Part shown: positions 53,356 to 64,000 of the stretch, piece by piece | Position numbering within the stretch: position 1 is the stretch's first letter | Layout of the letters: every line of letters starts with the position of its first letter | Assembly (NCBI GenBank): GCA_964016885.1 | Contig: OZ024740.1 | Span: 102,982,001 to 103,046,000, forward strand | Length of the DNA: 64,000 nt | Direction: 5' to 3' | Origin: Eledone cirrhosa | Taxonomy: Eukaryota | Translations under genes and position numbers: made by a program | The notes under the pieces: model-generated | Told to the model about the DNA's origin: nothing | The model's database searches: none | The model's input: only the letters and a program-made list of their open reading frames with translations

Positions 53356-53525
53356 TGCTGCTGTTTCTTCTTCTTCTTCTTCTTCTTCTTCTTCTTCTTC
53401 TTCTTCTTCTTCTGAAAGGGTGTTTGGTGGACAAGCCCTTAAACACTCATTCCAGCAGGTCCTGTCAGAAGCAGCTGTCTCTACTTGATTTGGCTGGATC
53501 CACAAGCGAGACCAGCTATGACCAA
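53279..53525 (-). mobile_element. 3' end of Rex3-like RTE with (GAA)n tail abutting (GCA)n(GTA)n microsatellite
   Basis: WSRLWIQPNQVETAASDRTCW homologous to WSRLG...AADKTHW at 17745-17810. Confidence 0.7.
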
Positions 53526-54329
53526 ATCCACCACTCCAGGATATGACGCTGATGTTATGTTCAAGCTTTTGCATCCATGGATTTGTGATGAACTATTGTA
53601 TGTAACTAACTAACACTGAACTGTATGTATGGTGAAAATATGTGAACCTTAATGGCTTAGTTTATAAGTAACACAAAGAAGTACAATGTGGATAATACTA
53701 TTTCCCACTCCTCCTAACCTTTTGTATACAGGTATTATATCAAAGAAACAGTCATGTACTATACCTATGCAAAAACAACAGTCAATATGCATAAACAGCA
53801 CTACTATAATGTCTTCGAAAACTACTCTTCACAACAAATAACGATAAACACTGTATCTAAAATAAAGATAAATCATCATCATCATCATCATCATCGTTTA
53901 ACGTCCATATAAAGATAAATAAACCGCCATCAGTTTTAACAATGGATGTTCCAATTGTTTGGCTAATGGAAAAGCTTACACATTAAACTAACTTATGTAT
54001 ATTTAAGCTAGGTAGTGAATTGGCAGATTTGTTAAAACATTGGATAGAATGCTTTAGTGGTATTCGTTCCAGCTCTCTGCTCTCTGAGTTCAAATCCTGC
54101 TGAGGTCAACTTTGCCTTTCAGCCAGCCAAAGTCGATAAAAATGTTCAAGTCTAGTACTGGGGTCAATTCTTCTTCTATATCCCTTTCTGTCCTTCTCTG
54201 GAAAAAATCTGCTGTGTTCAACCCTAGAGAGGAGATGGGCTCTGCCAGCTTTTAAAAAAATGCCTTAGAAATGTTGTGTGTCAATACGACACCTCTACGA
54301 CTTCCCCGGGAGTTACCGTACTATATATA

Positions 54330-55510
54330 TATTAAAGGTTTTAATTCTGTGCCACACAAAAGACTTATGGCGAATCTCTCTGCAATGGGTGTGAAGGATG
54401 ATCTTTTTAACTGGTTGAAGTCCTTCATTCTCAGTCGAAGAGAGGTAGTCACAGTTCTAGGACAGCATTCTTCACCATATGAAATGTCATCTGACATACC
54501 ACAGGGATCTGTTCTTGGCCCCCTTTTGTTTGTTGCATATATTAATGACATAGATACCAACTTAAAGAATGCCACAGTACTGAAATATGCAGATGACATC
54601 AAGCTGTACCTTGAGATAAAAAGGACAGATCCTGAACCCTATAGATCTTTTCCGCAATCAGATCTGGACAAATGCAACAATGGATCTCAGACTGGCAACT
54701 CAAGCTGGCTGTGGACAAGTGTACCACCATGCATTTGGGGAGGAAAAACCCAGTGTCCACATACTCCCTCCACAACACTAATATCAAGAAGTCTTCTTGT
54801 GAATGTGACCTGAGCATTACCAATTTGCGTTGGACAAAGCACATCTCTAAAATTGTTAAGAAAGCCGGGTGTCTTGGCATCACTCAGCAAGACCTTTGTC
54901 AGCCACTCTCCAGCTATCTATTTAAAGCTGTATATAGCTATAGTGCGGCCACACTTAGAATTTGCATCACCAGTCTGGAACCCCTATCTTACTCAGAACA
55001 TTGACCTCTTAAAAACTGTTCAGAGACGTGCAACCAAGCGAATACCCTCCATCAGGCATCTACCATACTCTGAACAACTTCCTTCCCTGTGTATGTATAG
55101 ATTGAAGCTCCAACGTCTGGAAACTGACTTGGTAAACACCCACAAACCTGAACACCATTTTGAATTCCATGTGTCTAACACACGTGGGCATGCCTACAAA
55201 GTTAGAAAACAGCACAGCTACCATGAATTTCGGAAACATTTTTTCACGCTCAGAGTTGCTGAAGCATGAAACAAACTACCTGCATCAGTTATTAGCTGCC
55301 AAAACACTGCATCCTTTAAAACCTCCATGCCTCCTGAAATTCACCGACACTACACCTGATATCCCCCCTCCATATGCACACATGCATATCATGACTCATA
55401 CACTGTTCACTTTCCTGACATTTGTACATTATTCTATGTACTATACATGCACCTTTGATGAGGTGTAGTGCACCTGAGCACTGTACACAATGATTTCATT
55501 ATTATTATTA
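54330..55510 (+). mobile_element. 5'-truncated CR1-type LINE, frameshifted RT + 3' UTR + (ATT)n tail
   Basis: FNSVPHKRL, PQGSVLGPLLF..YIND, YADDIKLY, LYIAIVRPHLEFASPVWNPY, VQRRATK, FFTLRVAEA. Confidence 0.95.
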
Positions 55511-56299
55511 TGAGTTCAAACTTGATGCTGGGAGTTTGAAGTGAGTTATTTTTACTTTAGGTGTATCAACTCACCTATCTTTTATGAAGAGAGTTCATTA
55601 GATAAGTAACACTTCAAATCTACCTGGAGAAGGCAATGGGAAACCATATCAGTTTATTGTTTCTCTTGTATACCAGTTGACATTTCACCTACATATAGTT
55701 GACATTTCATCTCTACTTAGTACAGGCAAATACAACAAATAACATCATTATTAATAGCTACATCAGCCTCATTAGCTACACACACTATCCCAATGGTAAA
55801 GACAAAAGGAAATAAATAAACCACCATCAGTTTCGATGTTGGGTGTTCTGGTTGTTCGGTCAATGGAAATGCATGTACATTAAATTAACATGTAAGTAGC
55901 TAAGTATTTCATAGATATATGCACTCTTATCTTAATTCTCAGGGAGATTCAGTATGTGACAAAGCTGACGCTTTGAATTATTAGTATAGTTCTTCTATCA
56001 GGCTTCCAAACAGTTTCTATCTATCCAATTTCACTGACAAGGCTTGGGTTGGCTCAAAGTTATTGTACATATAAAAAAACTTGCCTAATATACCACACAG
56101 TAGCTACTGAATCCAGAACCTCATGAGGACAAAATTTTGTTCCATAATTTTTTATCAAATTATACAATGTTTGCAATAAAAAAAAAGAAAGAAAAAAATT
56201 AAATAATGAAGGAGGAAGGAGAAAGAAGAAAAATGGTTCAACAAAATCCCAGATCTCATTCACTTACCGAGTGGAGTGGAGCCCGTTAGATCAACTAAA

Positions 56300-56484
56300 G
56301 AAACAATATATCCATTGGTCTTTCCATTGCTGATACTATCTTCTGGTTGCAACTCCTGGTAGAAAGAACAACATGAAATAAAGTGTCTTGCTCAAGGACA
56401 TTACGCATCACCCGGTCTAGGAATCGAATTCGCAACCTTACAATTGTGAATCTAAGACTCTAACCACTAAGCCACGTGCCTTCC
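56300..56484 (-). mobile_element. tRNA-derived SINE
   Basis: GAAATAAAGTGTCTTGCTCAAGGAC...GGAATCGAATTCG...CTAACCACTAAGCCACGTGCCTTC. Confidence 0.82.
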
Positions 56485-56779
56485 CTAAAGAGGAAGGAGG
56501 AAGACAAAGAAAACTGTAGACCTCAGTGTTGGTGTATCTCAGCTGTGCTGTGCAGACACAATGGTGAAAGATTGTCATGGAGGACAGCTAGTGACATCCA
56601 TCTACAGGTGGGATTCACTCCTCTCAATTTTGTAGAAGAAAACAGCAATTCAGGGGCTTAGGAAACCAAAGGTCTAAATGGTAACAGGCATGAAAAATAA
56701 GCTGTCATGTAAAGCAAACTTTTTAACCATTTAGTCATCTAGATCAGGAGTTGCCAACCGGTGATCAGTGGACCACTGG

Positions 56780-56997
56780 ACCAATTATTAATACCTACAG
56801 ACATCTATAGATATTCTACCATACAGATCCTTACCTGTGTTCAACAATTATTAGTATCTACAGACATCTATAGATATTCTACCATACAGATCCTTACCTG
56901 TGTTCAACAATTATTAGTATCTACAGACATCTATAGATATTCTGCCATACAGATCTTTACCTGTGTAAACCAATTATTAGCTACACTCATCTATAGA
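56780..56997. repeat. 63-bp tandem repeat x3, preceded by hAT-like end CAGGAGTTGCCAACC
   Basis: CTACAGACATCTATAGATATTCTACCATACAGATCCTTACCTGTG repeated. Confidence 0.9.
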
Positions 56998-57982
56998 TGA
57001 TCTGGTTGATAAAGGCCTTAACCTAGACCTGGGACTCAGAAATCTTTAGACTATCAACTTCTTCATGGAATCCTTAATCCATTCATTAACCCACAGGTGT
57101 GTACAAATATAAATCAATAAATCAGTAAACAGAATATATCCCAATTTTTAGAATAGATACACCATATTCCTACATGTGCTAAGTGATGACTAAAAGAGTT
57201 GGCATCAGGAAGGGTATCCAGTTGCCTCAAAAAATGCCATCCAACACATACAAACATGGAAAAGTGGACATAAAAATGATTATAAATATTAATAGTTATA
57301 ACAATAGACAATAAAGACTAATCTATATATAAATTTGAGCAACTTCCGCCTGTCCATGACATAATATGTGTGTTTGTGTGAATATATGTGTATGTAAAAA
57401 GAAGGAATGGGATGATGAAAAAACTATAGCAAAACAGCAGCTGGCGTTCCCTTTGCTATGCTGTGTGTGAGTGTATGTGTATGTGTGTGTTTGTGTAAAT
57501 GTATGTGTGAGTGTGTGTTTATGTGAATGTATGTGTATTTGTGAGTGTGTATTTTTGTAAGTGTGTCTGCGTTTGTGTGTTTATATTTATATACTTCTAA
57601 ACCCATGCTAGCGTGGAAGATAGACATTAAACGACGATGATGATACTCATACATATAAATGTATGCATATGCACATACACATGTGCACACATATATATAT
57701 ACACATACTCGTGTGTTGGAAAAAAATTCTAGTTATATATAAATCAGAAATATATATATATATATATATAAGCAAGTTGTATTTTATTGTATTGTTTTAT
57801 GTATTTTTATTTCTCATACAAATGTCAGGTTTTGGCTGAAAGGTCTAGTCAACACTCTGGGTAATATCATCAACCCGCTGGGTAGCTTCATCGACCCCTA
57901 GGGTTTGATACTGATCAGTTTAGGTCCCTGATCTAGGCCCATCAGTTAGTAATCATTGCTATCTCTCTGTCTTCTTGTTAGT

Positions 57983-58253
57983 CACAAAGTAAGAAAACAG
58001 CACAGTTCCCATGACTTTCAGAAACATTTTTTCACACTCAGAGTTGCTGAAGCATGGAACAAACTACCTGCATCAGTTATTAGCTGTCGAGACACTGCAT
58101 CCTTTAAAGCCTCCATTCTTCCCGAGATCCGCCAACACTACAGCTAACACATACACACATGTACTTCCCTGACATTTGTGTATTATTCTATGTACTATAT
58201 TGACGAGTTGTGGTGCACCTGAGCACTTTACACAATAATTTCATTATTATTAT
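57983..58253 (+). mobile_element. CR1-type LINE 3' end copy
   Basis: KVRKQHSSHDFQKHFFTLRVAEAWNKLP and tail matching 55197-55510. Confidence 0.9.
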
Positions 58254-58536
58254 AGAACAATGAAACATATTTTCAGCTAGTATTCCAACATTGTTCACCC
58301 CAACTTTATCTATTTCCCTCATCACCTTTAACCCTTTAGCATTTAAACCACTGCCCTATCTGGCTAGAACTCTCACTTCTTCCTATTCAAACTGGCCATA
58401 ACCAGCCACTCATACTGACGTTAAGGTATTGTTCTCAAAATAAATAATTTCAAAATCTTACAGATTCAATATTATGTGAAATAATTATGTGAGGTAGAGC
58501 TTTTACCATGAAAATATAATAGTAAATATAGAGTAA

Positions 58537-59005
58537 TCATCATCATCATCATCATTATTTAACGTCTATCTTCCATGCTAGCATGGGTTAGACTGGTTTG
58601 CCCCATCTGAGGCAAGCTGGGTCGGGTGACTGTGTCTCGCTCGTATAGGATTGTTTCTGGCTGGTTTTCTACGGCTGGATGCCCTTCCTAACGTCAACCA
58701 CATTTACAGTTTGTGCTGGGTGCTTCTTGCCATATCTCCTATACAACCACTTTACAGTGTGGACTGGGTGCTTTTTTGTCATGACACTTACACGATCACT
58801 TTACAGTGTGGGATGGGTGTTTTGTGGTACCAACATAACTTTACAGAGTAAGGGAAGTGGGAGTATGTGGAAGTTGGTGAGAGTTGGTGGAAGTGGGAGG
58901 GAGGTGTAGGAGTGTGAGGTATATATTGGATTAAGAGGTGACTACTGAATGTAGGCTTAAGTCCATGCGCAAGGGAAAGCAGGTCTTTTGTATTACTGCA
59001 TATAC
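58537..59005 (-). mobile_element. RTE LINE 3' UTR with (ATG)n tail
   Basis: Colinear with 43445-43900. Confidence 0.85.
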
Positions 59006-59668
59006 TAAAGTGTTAAGACATGAGGGCCTAAAAGAAATGTGGGATCTGATCCTCCATTTCAAACTAGCTATTAATTTTAACAAACAAACAAAAAATGTAA
59101 TTCACAAATTATCTTAGGAACCACAAAATTATAACATTGGAAGATGAGTAAAAGGAATCAAAATATTGTATAATAGCTCAATTATAAACATTATGAAGTA
59201 GGTGGTGTGTGATCTGGGAGAAGAATCCACGGTATATAATGATGAATAGTATGAGGCAATAGGGTTTCAGAGATAAAGTTCTTTTTGTTGATTTTTTTTT
59301 TACTCTGAATAAATGGGTCTCTTCAGGCAGATCAGTGATGTTGAATGGATAGCTGTGTGTTGTAACATAGACAGACTTGAGTAAATCAACAACTTAGACA
59401 GAGGCAGCTTTCATAACTGGTCAATTTAGTACACCATCTATCTCACATAAGACATACAAATAGGGACAATAATATTTACTATCTCTTTATAGACACACAC
59501 TATTGAGTTCTCTTATTCTTAGGAGTATTCACACACAATACAGAAACCCTATTCATTTTACACACATACAGCATATATATATATATATATATAAAAAATA
59601 TATATATATATATATATAAAAAAAATATATATATATATATTATATATATCGTCATCATCATCACCATC

Positions 59669-59702
<34 letters not shown>

Positions 59703-60574
59703 ATATACTATATATATACATATATATATATATATATAACTTCAGCACGTCATCTGAGAATTGCCTGTTCGCCATGAAACTTGAATGGAACAGTAGTCAA
59801 ATTTAAACGCACACTTATGTGTATGTGTGTGAATGTGTGTGTGTGTGTATATACCTCTTGTTTTCTCCTAATTATCTATCTGTCTATCTATTTAGCAATC
59901 ATCTCTACCAATCTAATTCTCTTTAACCTTCTGTTGCTCTTGCCTTGTCCCTTCCTTTCTCACTCTCTCTCTCTCTCTCCCTTACAACAATAAACAAGAA
60001 TTAAACTGTTGTCCTTCAGCTCCTTAAATAGAAACTTGCAACTGAACACCCGAAAAGTTCACAATGCTATATTTGTTTCTGTCCAGGCAGCACACAAACA
60101 CGTAATCACTCATGCACATACTTACACATATGCACACTCACACATATGCACACTACATCACACGCATACACACTCACACATGCACACAATACCTTACATG
60201 TATACACGCTCACACATAAGCACACTCCTCACATGTACACATACTCACACATGCATTCACTATCTTACATGTATACACACTCACACATGCACTCACTACC
60301 TTACACATATACACACATAACTATGCACACAATACTTCACACATAAACACATTGCCTCACACATATATACACACTCACACATGCACAACTACCTTACAAA
60401 TATACACACACACACACACATGCACACATATAGACATTCACACATATACACACTACCTCACACATATACACATTCCCTGACACAACACACTAACCCATAC
60501 ATACACTCATACACTACCTCACACCATACATATACAGATTAAATGCTGCCTTACTTATATAATACACTTGTAAA

Positions 60575-63500
60575 CTCCAGACTCCTAATTCCGCACTCCA
60601 AACTCCACACTCTAGACATCGTATTACACACTCCACACTCTACAGTCCACACTCCATACTCCACAGTCCACACTCCATACTCCACACTCCACACACCATA
60701 CACCACACACCACACCACACACCACACTCCACACTCCACACACCACAATCCACACACCACACCACACACCACACTCCACACTCCACACACCACAATCCAC
60801 ACACCACAATCCACACGCCACACACAAAACTCCACACACCACACACCACACAACACACACCAAACTCCACACACCACACTCCACACACCACACACCACAC
60901 ACTACCCTCCACACACCATACTCCCCACACCACACTCCACACACCACACTCGACACACTGCACTCCACACATCACACTGCACACACCACAATCCACATTC
61001 CACACACCACACTCAACACACCACACGCCACACATCCACACCACACTCCACACACCACACACCACACTCCACACTCCTCACACTACACTCCACACACCAC
61101 ACCACACCACACTCCACACACCACACACCACAAATCATACACCACACTCCACACAACACACCACACTCCACACTCCACACGTCACACTCCAGACACCACA
61201 CTCCACACACCTCACTCCACACATCACACACCACACACCACACACCACACCACACTCCACACACCACACACCACACACCACAAACCACACCACACAGCAC
61301 ACACCACACTACACACCACACACCACACTCCACATACCAAACACCACACACCACACTCCACACCACACACCACACTCCACACACCATACTCCACACATCA
61401 CACACCACACTCCACACACGACACACCACACACCACAAACCACACCACACACTACACACCACACTACACACTACACACACAACACTCCACACTCCACACA
61501 CCACACTCCACACATCACACACCACACTCCACACACCAAACACCACACACCACACTCCACACACCACACACCACACTCCACAGACCACACACCACACACC
61601 ACAATCCACACACCACAAACCACACTCCACACACCACACTCCACACACCACACACCACACACCACACACCACACACCACACACCACACACCACACACCAC
61701 ACTCCACACACCACACTCCACACACCACACTCCACACTCCACACACCACACACCACACATCACACTCCACACACCACACACCACACTCCACACACCACAC
61801 ACCACACTCCACACCACACACCACACTCCAGACACCACAGACTACACTACACACCACACTCCACACTACACACACCACACTCCACACACCACACTCCACA
61901 CACCACAGACTACACTACACACCACACTACACACTACACACACTACACACACGACACTCCACACACCACACACCACACACCACACACCACACTCCACACA
62001 CCACACTCCACACACCACACACCACACACCACATACCACACTCCACACACTCCACACTCCACACTCCACACACCACACACCACACACCACACACCACACA
62101 ACACACATCACACACCACACTCCACACTCCACACTCCACATTCCACACACCACACTCCACACACTCCACACTCCACACTCCACACACCACACACCACACA
62201 CCACACACCACACTCCACACACCACACTCCACACACCATACTCCACACTCCACACTCAACACTCCACACACCACACACTATACTCCACACACCACACACC
62301 ACACTCCACACACCACACTCCACACACCACACTCCACACTCCACACACCACACACCACACTCCACACATCACACTCCACACACCACACACCACACTCCAC
62401 ACACCACACACCACACTCCACACCACACACCACACTCTAGACACCACAGACTACACTACACACCACACTCCACACTACACACACCACACTCCACACACCA
62501 CAGACTACACTACACACCACACTACACACTACACACACGACACTCCACACACCACACACCACACACCACACACCACACTCCACACACCACACTCCACACT
62601 CCACACTCCACACTCCACACACCACACACCACACACCACACTCCACACACCACACTCCACACACCACACACCACACAACACACACCACATACCACACTCC
62701 ACACACCACACACTCCACACTCCACACTCCACACACCACACACCACACACCACACACCACACAACACACATCACACACCACACTACACACTCCACACTTC
62801 ACACACCACACTCCACACACCACACACTCCACACTCCACACTCCACACACCACACACCACACTCCACACTCAACACTCCACACACCATACTCCACACATC
62901 ACACACCACACTCCACACACGACACACCACACACCACAAACCACACCACACACTACACACCACACTACACACTACACACACAACACTCCACACTCCACAC
63001 ACCACACTCCACACATCACACACCACACTCCACACACCAAACACCACACACCACACTCCACACACCACACACCACACTCCACAGACCACACACCACACAC
63101 CACAATCCACACACCACAAACCACACTCCACACACCACACTCCACACACCACACACCACACACCACACACCACACACCACACACCACACTCCACACACCA
63201 CACTCCACACACCACACTCCACACTCCACACACCACACACCACACATCACACTCCACACACCACACACCACACTCCACACACCACACACCACACTCCACA
63301 CCACACACCACACTCCAGACACCACAGACTACACTACACACCACACTCCACACTACACACACCACACTCCACACACCACACTCCACACACCACAGACTAC
63401 ACTACACACCACACTACACACTACACACACTACACACACGACACTCCACACACCACACACCACACACCACACACCACACTCCACACACCACACTCCACAC

Positions 63501-64000
63501 ACCACACACCACACACCACATACCACACTCCACACACTCCACACTCCACACTCCACACACCACACACCACACACCACACACCACACAACACACATCACAC
63601 ACCACACTCCACACTCCACACTCCACATTCCACACACCACACACCACACACCACACACTCCACACTCCACACTCCACACACCACACACCACACACCACAC
63701 ACCACACTCCACACACCACACTCCACACACCATACTCCACACTCCACACTCAACACTCCACACACCACACACTATACTCCACACACCACACACCACACTC
63801 CACACACCACACTCCACACACCACACTCCACACTCCACACACCACACACCACACTCCACACATCACACTCCACACACCACACACCACACTCCACACACCA
63901 CACACCACACTCCACACCACACACCACACTCTAGACACCACAGACTACACTACACACCACACTCCACACTACACACACCACACTCCACACACCACAGACT
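60575..64000. repeat. CCACA/CTCCACA 5-7-bp satellite with ~1.5-kb higher-order duplication; runs off the window end
   Basis: Directly visible; diagnostic variants recur ~1.49-1.50 kb apart. Confidence 0.97.

Noticed and set aside
54271-55269. Intact reverse transcriptase gene
   Set aside because: Split across three frames and 5'-truncated; dead LINE copy
56262-56300. Minus-strand splice donor (G/GTAAGT) suggesting a host exon
   Set aside because: No acceptor or recognisable coding frame; abuts a SINE tail
60551-63941. Cys/Val/Trp-rich ORFs
   Set aside because: Translations of the TGTGG/TGTGGAG satellite

Overview
Repeat-dominated, AT-rich eukaryotic DNA with no recognisable intact host gene. 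The SINE/LINE repertoire resembles octopod cephalopod genomes (inference from recalled repeat motifs). A 15.5-kb CA-spaced satellite (1-15472) and a 3.4-kb CCACA satellite (60575-64000) bracket about 45 kb of nested, decayed transposons: tRNA-derived SINEs, RTE, CR1-type and R4/Dong LINEs, Helitrons, hAT and mariner MITEs, fold-back elements and microsatellites. Nearly all listed ORFs are translations of simple repeats. The most interesting signals are (i) six Penelope/retrozyme-type hammerhead ribozyme motifs, including a tandem pair with a compensatory U3-A8 core; (ii) an R4/Dong-clade retrotransposon whose 3' ends sit in (CATA)n; (iii) a 2.8-kb inversion that reciprocally splits an R4 and an RTE element at a 9-bp inverted repeat; (iv) a 264-bp-arm palindrome built from LINE RT sequence; and (v) a hAT element with a perfect TSD inside a complete Helitron. 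All calls were read by eye, so boundaries of decayed elements are approximate.
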